A stretch of 64,000 nucleotides of DNA from contig NIVC01000917.1 in the NCBI GenBank assembly GCA_002269645.1, positions 186,001 to 250,000 on the forward strand, given 5' to 3'. A program made the translations under genes and the position numbers. Below are positions 14,058-25,921 of the stretch, piece after piece (the first letter of the stretch is position 1; every line of letters starts with the position of its first letter). A model generated the notes under the pieces. The model had not been told where the DNA came from and searched no databases. It saw nothing but the letters and a program-made list of their open reading frames with translations. This DNA comes from Macrostomum lignano. Taxonomy: Eukaryota.

Positions 14058-15353
14058 ATGTCTGCCAGCTCAGTCGGAAACGCCTCGAATTCAAGCGCAA
14101 GTGCCGATCCTCATCAAGTTAGTCTTTTCCTGTTGCTGGAGAAGCTCATGCACTTTCTGCTATTCATGGACACGCCTATTCTAGTAGCTGGACTAGCCGC
14201 CAATCTTGTCAGCTGCCTGGTATTCTCTCAGAGAGTAATCTGGAGGCACTACCTGGCAGCTTACCTGAGATTCTTGTCGCTGAACGACCTGCTGCTACTG
14301 CTCAGCTACCTGCTGGTGAGGAACTCCGACCTGCACATTCACAGCCCGGTTGGCTGCTTCGCTTCAATATTCGCTTACAGCGTGTTCGCCTTCCTGAGTC
14401 CCTGGCTGCTGGTGTGCATCACCCTGGATCGGGTGCTCTGCGTCTCTGGACACGGAGTCGCCGGCGGCGACAGCTCCAGCAGCGGTGGTGGTGAAGGTGA
14501 CGGCAGCCGTTTCGGAGGCTGCGCCCGCTCTCGACACCTCCTTGGCTGCCTGGTGCTGCTCTCCATTCTGCTCAACACCCACGTGTTCTACACGAACGTG
14601 TACGAGCCCGACCCCAACTACAACGGCACCCTGATGAACTGCAAGCCGAGGCCCGGAGCCGAAGCTCTAGCCGTGCTGGACAGCCTCGGCTCCTCGGTGA
14701 TACCCGGCTTGCTGCTCATCGGTCTCAACGCCTTCATCTGCATCAGGGTGCGCCGCACCTACACCAGCCTGGCCCGAGCAGAAACCGCCGCAGCAACCTC
14801 GGCGTTCAACAGAGCAGCCGCGAACACTGACGAGCGACAGCTTGACGAAGCTGCTGCTTACGGCTGCTCCTATCAGATGGTCGCCGTAGCGCCTGACCAC
14901 GACGCCATCGAGACGCAATGCAGTCGTCATAGCAACGAGCAGCAGCAGCAGGCGCCGTTGACGTCCACCTTGAGCGGCCGACTGCAGAGTCAGGTGACCA
15001 GCATGCTGCTGGGTTTCTCGCTGGCCTACGTGCTGCTGAATCTGCCCAACTACCTGGTGCTGATCTGCGGCTACACCGCCTCCATCACCACCTCGGTGGG
15101 GTCGTTGATATTTAACCTGTTCCGCCGGCTGTCCCAGACTCTGTACCTGGTCCACTTCGCCACGAACAGCCTGATTTACGCGTGCGCCAACCGGCAGTAC
15201 CGGATCGCCTTCGTTCGGCTGTGGCATCGCAGCTTCGGCCGCCTCGCTGAGAGCATCCGGCGCCGTTGCCGACGAGGGCAGCAGTGCCGCTGCACCAGCT
15301 GCGACTGTCGCCGGAGCCCCTACGCGGTCGAGGACGCCTCCTTTACCTTCTGA
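14058..15353 (+). CDS. Intronless class A (rhodopsin-like) 7TM GPCR, 431 aa, FMRFamide/peptide-receptor-like
   Basis: Seven hydrophobic segments. TM1 GLAANLVS, TM2 LSLND, TM3 Cys (VGCF) and ITLDRV (DRY variant), ECL2 Cys (MNCK), TM5 VIPGLLLIGLN, TM6 LLNLP, TM7 FATNSLIY (NPxxY variant) followed by helix 8 NRQYR.AF. Strong C/G-ending codon usage. Confidence 0.93.
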   Translation: MSASSVGNASNSSASADPHQVSLFLLLEKLMHFLLFMDTPILVAGLAANLVSCLVFSQRVIWRHYLAAYLRFLSLNDLLLLLSYLLVRNSDLHIHSPVGCFASIFAYSVFAFLSPWLLVCITLDRVLCVSGHGVAGGDSSSSGGGEGDGSRFGGCARSRHLLGCLVLLSILLNTHVFYTNVYEPDPNYNGTLMNCKPRPGAEALAVLDSLGSSVIPGLLLIGLNAFICIRVRRTYTSLARAETAAATSAFNRAAANTDERQLDEAAAYGCSYQMVAVAPDHDAIETQCSRHSNEQQQQAPLTSTLSGRLQSQVTSMLLGFSLAYVLLNLPNYLVLICGYTASITTSVGSLIFNLFRRLSQTLYLVHFATNSLIYACANRQYRIAFVRLWHRSFGRLAESIRRRCRRGQQCRCTSCDCRRSPYAVEDASFTF

Positions 15354-16071
15354 GCATCGGGGAACTTGTGTTAAAACTTGTGGACTGATAGCTCGACAAA
15401 TGAGTTTAACAATTGTTGTAATCTCCCATTGCTTTAGCAACCACGTCTTGTCGATGCTGGCTTATTGATGCATTATGGGCTACGATCCAAGCTTCTGGTG
15501 AGCCTAGTTAACCAAAGGGTTCATTCCTTTATTGTGTTTTGCCTGTGAATCTCTACGTAGAACAAAAGAAGGTTTGTTGGCTGCAAGGCGAGTCGCGGCA
15601 AACAAATGCCAAGTAGGGATGGTTTTTTGCGCCTGACTGGCGCTCACGCATCCAAAATTAAACTTTATTCAATTAATTATTCTGCACACCCACCCCAGAA
15701 GTCTGTCGGTCCCCAGTCATTTAATCCATTGTGTTTTTGCTATTGTTCTATCTTTTTCTGTACCCACAAGCCTAAATTTCACCTTCATTTGTACCACTAT
15801 TTGTAAAAAATAATGCAAGTTTTAGAGATTATGCTAGTTTTAAGCTTAATTTAGGATTATTGTTAGCCACTGCAGAAGTGCTGAAGTCTAATGACACTAG
15901 CAAATTACAACGAGTTAACTTAGCTCATTCAGTCGTTCAGTTTTCGATGTTATCAAAGCTTCAAAATAGTCCTCGGTAGGTAGAATTAGTCTTCAGTTAT
16001 AAGCAGATATTAAACAAATTGTGTTTTGCGTCCGTACTTTGATGGGTTTTTAATGAGTTCACGAAATCAAT

Positions 16072-16232
16072 GAGGTTGTAGCGTAGCCTAGTAGTGGTCA
16101 GAGCGCCAGACTCAGACTCTCGACCCACTCAGAACAAATTGTGTCCTTGAGCAAGACACTTAACTCTGCATTGCTTCAGTTCACCCAGCTGTAAAATGGG
16201 TGCCAGCATTAGCTGGGGTAATTGAGGGTAAG
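16072..16232 (+). mobile_element. CORE-type tRNA-SINE (family B), 5' half with the B box deleted
   Basis: GTGTCCTTGAGCAAGACACTTAACTCTGCATTGCTTCAGTTCACCCAGCTGTAAAATGGG aligns with the MIR/CORE domain; lacks the ~25-nt B-box segment present in the 42380 copy. Confidence 0.8.
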
Positions 16233-16644
16233 TTTCAGTTTGGATTCCTTAGTAATTAATTAAAAAATTCGTTCAATCCATTTTGATATAACAATGAGAT
16301 TACTAATTGAATGATTAAATTTGCTTTCGTAATTTAATACTAATATTACATATGATTCCCAAAGATGGGTCGATGTCAACTGGTGCATCTGATATCGACC
16401 CTTCTTCTTCTTCTCCTTCGACAACTTTATCCACGACCGGGAAACCCTTTGATAACTGGATTTTCTGGAGACGGAAACTGATTTTATTTCTTAGAAACAG
16501 CTACAGATTTTTCGCTTTTTTTGATTCAGAAATGCTTTGCAACTTGAAACTTGCACTCTGTTTTCAAATGTCTGACAAAGGCGCTTTTCAGCTGCAAGGG
16601 AAGCCACAAAGAAATTTGAAAAACAAAGTCGAACTCTTGTGCCT

Positions 16645-16900
16645 CGACCCTGGCTCGATTCCGTGAGCAAGCACATTGATTTGGGGCTTGTGTGCATGAA
16701 AAATTCACACCCACGACGGGCCGCCCCCAAGGCGCAGAGAGTGTACATGCCTGACGATTAGAACGTCCGGGCCAGTGTACACCCTGTGTGAGCGTGTGCG
16801 TGAGTGCGTGCCTGTGTACAGCATTGGCGCGCTTGTATGTGCTCAGGAGTCAGCGGAATGGGGCAGAATTGCCGTCAGAGCAGTGTGTGGAACGGTGTCG
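16645..16900 (+). mobile_element. tRNA-derived SINE, family A copy
   Basis: B-box-like GGCTCGATTCC at ~16652 followed by the family A body. Confidence 0.75.
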
Positions 16901-18589
16901 CCAAAGCTTATGCGAGACTGAGCGTTCAAAACCTTCCTGCAATCACTGTTATTATTATTTGTCATTATTGTTGGATGTTCATGTGCAAAGTGGATCTGAG
17001 CAAAGCCTACTGGCTCTGCAACATTCACCCGAGTGACCACTGCTTCACTGCTTTGAATTTTACATTTGACAGCGTTGCTGAGCCAACCCACACGATGGAT
17101 GACAAAAGTTCATTCATCCGACCCAGGAAATATGCTTTCTGGGGATCCAGTTCAACCCGCAGTCCGGGCTTATGAGCTTGCCAAGTACCAAAAGAGTTTC
17201 AAGTTTCATCAGTCAGTGCAGTGCGATGCAGCGGATCTGGAAGCGGAAATTGCAGAATCGCGTTTGGCAAGCGAAACTGGGCCAGCCAGGTGATCTGCAG
17301 TGGCCGGCCTTTTCTGCACGAGCTGACTGACCGCGATAGCGAGCCTTCAGGTCCGGGCGATAGTCTGCTGCTTGATGAGCAGTTAAAGAGCAGCTTTTCT
17401 GGTGAAGCAAAGCTTTGCAACAGCAGCAGGGCCGAGAGCTCTAGCATGCTGATAGCAGCCTGGTTGCCATGGAGATCGATGCCTGTCTGGTTGGAGCAGC
17501 AGCTGATGTTTTCGATGTCTTGCTTGCCCTGATGCACTGGCGTCATCAGCTACAGAATTGTCGGGTTGCCATCTAGTTTTGGCGTTTTCCATCTAGTGGC
17601 CTACTACTCGTAGGCGTAAAGCTGAACGTCACGGACACCGCCCATCATGTGTCGGGTCGCTTTCAGCTGTTTGCAGATGCTGCCTTCCGCCTACCGCCGT
17701 TTTTCTCCTATTTCAGGTTGCCTCCCTGGGTCTCTCGACTTCGCCACCGCCACGCTTCTTGATCGGGCCTACGCTCCTTCATCCAAGAAGTTCCTATCTT
17801 CCGCTGTGCGCTCTTGGCAATGCTTCTGCCCAGAGTAGCATCTCGACCAGCTGTGGTGCCGAGTCGAGGACCTCGCGAACTGTTGGCCAAATGATGGACA
17901 ACCCTGCTCAGCTCCTATTGAAGGGTTCGGTGCACACAGGCAGATCTGATCAAGCCTGATGAGACTGCAACGTCAAGTTGACGGCTCAAATCCTTTTGCA
18001 GGCGGCCTGCTGGGCGGCAATTTTGTGCACTTGGTGAAGAATGTTCAGGAAGTCCAGCCTGCCGCCAGCGAGTCACGTTGATCCGCCTCTGCTGCGTTTT
18101 GAACGCGCTGTCAAAGTGCAAAGAAGGTCAAAGAAGATCAGAACACGACGTCTCGCAAACTGGACAGGCAGTTTAAGTCCTGACTCGGCATGGCGGGCAT
18201 CAGTGCGGCCGGGTACACGCTGCAAAGCCTGCGGAGAGGTCCCGGGCCGGCCTGAATGTCCAGTAATCCAGTGCGTGTGCGACTGGCGCAGCGATGCGGT
18301 GAACTGCAACCTCTCTTAAAGACTTGCGGTGATGTAGTGAAGCTCATAAAAGTTTGTTCTCTTCTCTTTTACCATCGGCTCTTGCTGCTTTCTTTTTTCT
18401 GCTCGCGGTTTTTTTATTGCTTTGGCTTTGGGAAGGCTCTATGCCGTCCATTCGTAATAATACTCTTTCAAACTTTTTCCTCGACTAATATGCGAGTCAT
18501 GAATCTCCGAAAAAACACATGGTTGCTCCGTTTGCAATTCGAAAGTCCAGGTGAGAAATTACAGGTGGAATTTAAAAAAAACATTCATC

Positions 18590-18855
18590 TAATGTACATT
18601 CTTCTAATGTATGTACATTCTTCTAATGTAGTGTACATTATTCTAATGTATGTACATCCTTCTGATGTAGTGTACATTCTTCTAATGTATGTACATTCTT
18701 CTAATGTATGTACATTCTTCTAATGTAGTGTACATTCTTCTGATGTTGTGTACATTCTTCTAATGTAGTTTACATTCTTCTAATGTAGTGTACATCCTTC
18801 TGATGTAGTGTACATCCTTCTGGTGTAGTTTAAATCCTTCCGGTGAGTGTACATT
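18590..18855. repeat. 20-bp minisatellite (GTGTACATTCTTCTAATGTA)
   Basis: Direct repetition, ~13 copies. Confidence 0.92.
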
Positions 18856-19194
18856 CTTTGACTTTCTTTTGTTTCTGAGTGTGAATCTCACGATTGCGCG
18901 TTGCTCCTCAGTGAAAACGAATGATTTTTAAGTTTAGCAAACACAGCCTTCCCTACAGAGCCCAGGAAAGATCAATTTTAGCCCCCTTCTATCCCTTGCT
19001 TAGCCTGTATTTTCTCCAGGGACACTTCAGACGGGCAAACTTTAACTACTGGACGAACCTCAGAACTGTCTGTGTACTATTGAATACCTTCACGAACTTT
19101 TGAATGCCAGATGGAACCGACTGATAGCATCGTCAAGTGTGAACTTTTTGAAAGGGAGCCAGTAGCAGAATATTACTTTGTTCATGGAAACACG

Positions 19195-19410
19195 TTCAGA
19201 CTTTGGAAACACTTCCCACTCCACATTCCAGATCTAGGATTCCATGAACACTTGCATTTGGAAGCAGTTCCCACTCCACATTCCAGATCTAGGATTCCAC
19301 GAACACTTGCATTAGGAAACAGTTCCCAGTCCACATTCCAGATCTAGGATTCCATGAACACTTGCATTTGGAAGCAGTTCCCATTCCACATTCCAGATCT
19401 AGGATTCCAT
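19195..19410. repeat. 55-bp tandem repeat, ~3.5 copies
   Basis: TTCCCACTCCACATTCCAGATCTAGGATTCCATGAACACTTGCATTTGGAAGCAG repeated. Confidence 0.92.
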
Positions 19411-20118
19411 GGTTGCCTTTAAACAAAAAGGATAATGTGAGACATTTGACGCTGCACGTACAGGTGTTGAAGGCTGTAATTATAAGGTAAGAGTAGCAGA
19501 GAGAAAAGCCGTTTTCTAACGCCGAGTGAAAAAGCATTTTGACGCCTCTGAAGCGCATGCTTTCTTTCCCGCTAGTGGGCATTGCTGGACGCGAACATCA
19601 GTGCAGCATTAAAATCCGCTAGTAAATTTGGCTCGCATATCACTGGCTTCTTTCCTGATTTCACGTGTGATCTCACCTGAATTCACTCCCAAATGCGCCT
19701 TGTTGAGTACATCGCCAAGTTCCCTTCTGAGTTTATCCATGGTGTTCATCCTTGATTTTATCACTAAATTCATCCCTGAATGCGCAAAGACCTTATTCCA
19801 GAATTAGCTGCCTGAGTTTTTCTAGAGAAACACTGAACGGAGCAAACTATATTTGTACGCTAAAAAGCTGATGTATAATAATATTAAAAAAGTCTAGCCA
19901 ATCTTTTGTGCATGCAGAGGGAAGGAATGGGCGACATCTGGCGGAGTGCGATCGCCAAACTAAGTTGGATCAATCTTATTGCCGCATCTCCTTCCCTGTG
20001 CTGCCTCTCTGCCTACCTGCTCCGACTTGCTCCTCCGCTCACATCGGCAGGCAGAATCTGGTAATCAGCCAACGCTCAGAGCCACTAGGGTAGTTTTTAT
20101 CACAGTCAGTTGAGCCAC

Positions 20119-22323
20119 TGATGTAACCGCCCTTGTCGCCTGTCCGCTCCGTAGAAAGACGAACGCACGACTAGAGGGGGCAATGACCGTAGGCTGCCTA
20201 TGACCGGGGCAATGACCTGACGGACCTCCAGCACCAGACTGTCCCGCCCACATGATTGATAGCTTTGGTAGCGCTTCGTGACCAGAGGGCCAAGGACCCA
20301 CATGGACCCCACCTGTAGCCAAGGTGCAATAGTTGGTCACTCGGTCATAGTATGACCGAGTGGCTGCCACCACTCTATGTGACCTGGCGCACCTGGATCT
20401 TTCTACCAGACCTCTCGAGGCTAGAGCCCCGCCTGGATTGGTTACCAGGGGATTTAGGCTAACAGGGGAGACACATGCAGCCGAGTACAGGGACTCTGCT
20501 TGGGGCATGATCGGGAACTCTGGGCTCAATCTGGAGGATTCTCAGCAGGGGATCCTTTGTGGCTGTGAGCGAGGCTGACTTGCGACTTTGATTACTAAGA
20601 GTAGTATGAGGCGAACATGTACTGTCTCTAGTTTAGATTGCTCAGGGCGAAGGGACGCGTCAGCATGGGGTTGCAACCTTCCTACTGCCATTCTGTGCCA
20701 AGACTCGCTAATCACCCTCCACTGCACGCACGCACGGCCCCGCAGCCCGCACTCACAGGCGAGCCTTGCACGAGGAGAGGCCATTAGCTTACCCAAACTT
20801 CCCTATGCTTTGCCACCCCGGGAGAAAGGCTTAGCAAGCCATGAGTGAAAGGATGGTGAAAGAGTGAATAATGATGAAGTTAGTTAATAGTTAATAATTA
20901 GGCCCTTAGGCAAATAATCAGGCAATTAGGCGGCTTCACTATTGAGTAAAAATACAGCAAAAGGTACGGTATCACAACTGGCTCAGCTCTCTAATCAGAC
21001 AATGGAAAAATAGGCAAACTCCGGATAAGCAAAGGCAATTAGAGCACAAATCAGTAACAGGAACTTACCGGCAGCTGCACAGAGAGAGAGAGAGAGACGG
21101 AGTGACCGAGGGCGGCTGTAGGCTGCAGTCAGGCGGACAGTGAAGCGGCGATGCGCTGAAGCGACGAGGCGCTGATGTAGATCAGGCGATGCTGATGATG
21201 CTGGGCGGTATCAGACCGCTGGCCGATAGGCGAGCTCGCTTGGGGAGCTGAAGATAACTTGGCGGTAACAGACCGCGGACCGGCAGGGGTTCGTCTTATA
21301 GACGGGAAGGTCAGAGCAGTGTCTGACCGCAAGTCCAAAGAAGGACGAGGAGACAAACCGTCTGAGGATTCTCATGCCGAAATCGCTTCTTTTTATAGCC
21401 TTCACAGCCGCCTCTCCAAGGTCGTTACCATGACTCCCTCTCTCTGATTGGCTGCCAGCAGAATGACGTCAGAATGAGTCATAATGAGAAGCATGAGACC
21501 GGCATAGCAACATGAGAAATGGGAGAATTGCGCAATCCGGCACCGGGTGGGGGGATAATTGGCGCAGCGGGTGGTCGCGAAAGTGTTGTGCAAGCAAACA
21601 TTGCCAACAATGGGGCTGGGGTCGAGAACAAAGGAATCGGAAATCGGGGATAATTGGGGAGAATCGAGAACAATAGAAAAGCAAACATTGGAGAAAAGGT
21701 GATAATTAGGTGCGAAAACGAGAACAAAAGAAAGAGAAAATCGGAGAAAATGTGATAATTGGTGGGGGTCGAGAGAACAAAAGAATCAAAAACGAGAACA
21801 ATAGAAGCGGAGGTGGGGTGGGTGTCGCATGAGAAATTTGGGGAGGAGAACAATGGCGTGAGAAAAGGTTGCGCAAGGGAGGGGGTGAGTCATCGATGAG
21901 TCATCGAGGGGAAGAAGGGGTCACACGACTTGCGTCACCGTTTGGGAGTTTGAGAAGGGATGGGGAGACGGTGAGCACACAAAATACTGTAAGTAGACGC
22001 AAAAAAGGGGGAATAGCGCAGGAAAATAGTGCAGAGAGAGACAAAAAGAGAGGGACAGGAAGAGTACAAGAAGAATAGGGTAGAGCGCAGGGGAGATAGG
22101 GTGGAGGGGAGGTACAGAGAGGGACAGGGAGCTCCGGAAAGGCAAGTGTGGCGGCAGGAGAGACGGAGCCAAGGCAGCAGGGGGTGCAGCAGAGCGGGAG
22201 TCTCCAGGCCTGGTCGGAGACCTGGCCGAGTCTCGACAGCTCTGTGCAGGGGGTGCACGGGATAGGAGGCACTTTCGAAAAAGTTCCCCTGCCCTATCCC
22301 GCGACCAGAGCGTGGTTACATCA
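20119..22323 (-). mobile_element. 2205-bp solo LTR, Ty3/Gypsy-like
   Basis: TG...CA ends with a perfect 10-bp inverted repeat TGATGTAACC / GGTTACATCA; 4-bp TSD CCAC (20115-18, 22324-27); no internal coding region; oriented promoter on the minus strand. Confidence 0.78.
21389..21481 (-). promoter_or_regulatory. Pol II promoter within the LTR U3: AP-1, CRE, CCAAT, TATA
   Basis: On the minus strand, in canonical order: TGACTCA (21475-81), TGACGTCA (21464-71), CCAAT (21447-51), TATAAAAA (21390-97). Confidence 0.7.
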
Positions 22324-22396
22324 CCACGTATAATTTGACCACTGGAAACATTAAATTGAGTCGTGTGCTTTACGAGACAATGATGAATTCTGAATG

Positions 22397-23042
<646 letters not shown>

Positions 23043-25063
23043 TTAATGTCTTCTGCTTTAGCTGTCCATGGCTTGATGACTCACGAAGCGGTACCCCAGA
23101 GGCTTCACAAACTGCTTAAATTTCACAAGGCTTCACGACACAGAGTTAAACTGAGCTAGGTTCTGAATTAGTTTCATCCCTGTCTTAATACGCAAGTAAA
23201 AGCCTGGAGAAAGTCTGTGAGCTTAGAAAACGGAGACTTTTAATATTCTAGTCAGGTCAAAGCGTATCCGTAGCTGCTTAGATTAAATTTAAAAGCATCC
23301 GAACTGCATACTTCACTCGGTTCAAAGCAGATGCGACTTCGTCAGTTCTTCACTAATCCCCGTGACTTTAACTCTCAGGCATCGCGGAGCTGGATTGAAG
23401 ACTGAATGTGAGCAGATCGGAGGGTTGGTCGTGATTAAATTGATGCCGAGAGAGGCAAAGGCCATCGTGCAACTTCTTTGCTATCGTCTTCCCATGAAGG
23501 CAACACAAGACCACTTCATTACAATTGCCATCTGGTGTCGCAGATCTTCTGTTTATTTAAAGGAATTCAATCGCTACTTTTTTTCTGAATTCTCTGGTTT
23601 ATTTAAATCCTACAGTGGGAGATTCAGGCTGTTGAAGACTTGCTTTCATTGTCTATGGCCCGAAAGGGGGTCTGTGGAGCAGCCAATTGGAGTTGGTGTT
23701 ACCGGATTTCTAGTCAATTCTTCTGTCTATGGCACTTTGAAAGAGCAGTTAAGATAATCAGTCAATCGTCTATGGTAATTGGAAAGGACAGTGAAGGCGA
23801 TTTGTCTAACTGTTAATTTTTTTCTCTATTGTATATTGGATTATTCTAGTGAGGCTTTTATTCGAAATACCAATCGAAAAAGGAGCTATGATTCGATACG
23901 AAAACATTCCTGGACAAGAAATATATGAAATCTCCACGGACGAATTGGCTTTTGTCACCCAAGAGTCATGCAATCGCTTTGTTCTGGAGACTAACAATTT
24001 GGATGCGCCGTCCAGTAGCAAAGTGCTGCCTGAGCTAACTAGCGAAGGTCTGCAAATGAGAATCATTCAAGCATTGCAAGAGTTCTTGTCGCCACATCGT
24101 TGTCATGTTTTTCGACTATATTATAGCCAAATGCATCCGTTAATTTTCCCGCAACAATCTAAGAGACCCGGCAAACAATTGAATTAGCATTGCAACCCGA
24201 TTCAGGCGTGCATTAAACGGCTCTTGATTGCGTACTGACAGGAGTCATTTAATGCACGAGAAAAACATTGCTATATTACAGTGCAGCTCAATAATCGTGC
24301 TGCATTGATCACTTGAGCACCTTGACTACAAATACTCGTACATTTAAATCAAGACATGTAAGCAAGAAAAAGCCGACTATTGAACCCTTCATAAACACGT
24401 TGATTCCTGTGAAACGAATCAAACCAAAGGCGAAACCAAAGCGTATAGCATAAGTCTAGATTAATAGCGTGTCACTCAAAGCAGATTGAAATGTAACCTG
24501 ATCGTTGCTCGTAAAAAGTAAGTATAAATATAAAATATCCTCCGCTTCATTTGTTGATCTGCGGCCGTCAGAATGACTGACAGAGTACTTCTCTGCCGAG
24601 GGGCAGACAAAGAAACAGCTTCAAAGTCGTTTTCCTGGACATTGTAGCTCTCTTGACTCTCACTCTGCGTTTGAATATTTGAATTCACATGGGATTGTAG
24701 GCTGTTAATGATTAAAAAAATCATAACAATTCAAAGATCATGAGGGGCCGTAATCAAAGGCTCCTCAATCCCCAATTAATTTTTGTTTAGAATTCCACGA
24801 CCGTGCCTCGTTAAAACACAAGGTTTGTAATTAATTTTTTTTTTAAAACTTAGAACAAGCTTCTTCATCTGCACCAGTCCTGCGGGATTCTGAGAGGGAT
24901 TCTGTCAAAGGGATTCTGGCTCGCTGCATAGAGCGAGACGAACTTCTGGTGCTTCACAAGTGCCAGTGTGGAAGGAATTTCCTGCCGCAGTTTAAATCTT
25001 CGATGCTAAAAAAAAGCATTGTACCCACTTTGTCAAGGACAAATGTCTATGGCACAATAAAAG

Positions 25064-25140
25064 TAATACCCATGCTTTAAGGGCATGCTTTAACGGCGGC
25101 CTCTGATTTTACCATTAACGCCCTTAAAGCATGGGTATTA
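25064..25140. mobile_element. 77-bp foldback / mini-MITE bounded by TA (Tc1/mariner-like)
   Basis: Perfect 21-bp inverted repeat TAATACCCATGCTTTAAGGGC / GCCCTTAAAGCATGGGTATTA, whose outer dinucleotides are TA. Confidence 0.65.
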
Positions 25141-25609
25141 ATTTACTATCAGCCAGTTGTCACGATTGTCCAAGAAGAGGAAGTCCTTTTTGAGGTCCAA
25201 TGCTAAAAATGATTGTTAGAATCCCCTCGTTTTCCCATTTTTTCGTTCGCTGTTTTAGGATCAAGAACACCCTGTTACTGTTCGAGATGTCCTTTAATTT
25301 CAGCCTGTTCTGAAGTATTGGTCTCAATCGGACGCCGGTTCAGTGCAAAATGCCATCGTTAAGGTTCGTCTTGCACTTCTTCCTTTGTCTTCATTCCCGG
25401 CCTCAGCCTTTGTTTGACTTGAAAAGATCTGTCTCTTTTGGTCTTCTTCTTTATAGCACAGATCCTCTTAGCACAGGGTTTTCTTTTTGAGTAAATCAGT
25501 TTGGAACATGTAGGTTTGCCCATAGACACTTTGGCTCCGACTTAATTGAAGAGGTTCTGTTTAATATGAAAGTGAGCTTGTTCAAAACAGGAGGTTAATA
25601 TTAATAATA

Positions 25610-25921
25610 ACAACAACAATAATAATACTGATTGATTTTACCTGCCCCAATTACTCAGATGTGCAACCGACAGCTCAGCCGCAGCTATTGCATGGCGCAT
25701 CTGAAGGCTGCGTACGGCTGTTCAGTCCAAGAACTGGGGGTCGCCACACACACCCTCAATTACCCCAGCTAATGCTGGCACCCATTTTACAGCTGGGTGA
25801 ACTGAAGCAAAGACAATGAGTGTCTTGTTCAAGGACACAAATTGTTCCAGTAGAATAGAAAATCGAACCCCCGACCTTCAAGTCGTGAGTCGGACGCTCA
25901 AACCACGAAGCTACAACCCCC
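25610..25921 (-). mobile_element. Near-full-length CORE-type tRNA-SINE (family B)
   Basis: Minus strand: A box TAGCTTCGTGG, B box GGTTCGATT, CORE domain, 3' tail (TAT/TGT)n; near-identical body to the 42360-42675 copy. Confidence 0.85.

Noticed and set aside
14667-15440. 257-aa antisense ORF over the GPCR; likewise 40332..41237 (+) over the LRR-Ig exon
   Set aside because: Shadow ORFs from GC3-rich codon usage on the opposite strand; no domain features.
16990-18330. GC-rich decayed coding-like region (similar ones at ~28.9-29.9, ~32.2-33.2 and ~56.5-57.9 kb)
   Set aside because: Probably old TE ORFs, but no diagnostic motif was recognisable; needs BLASTx.
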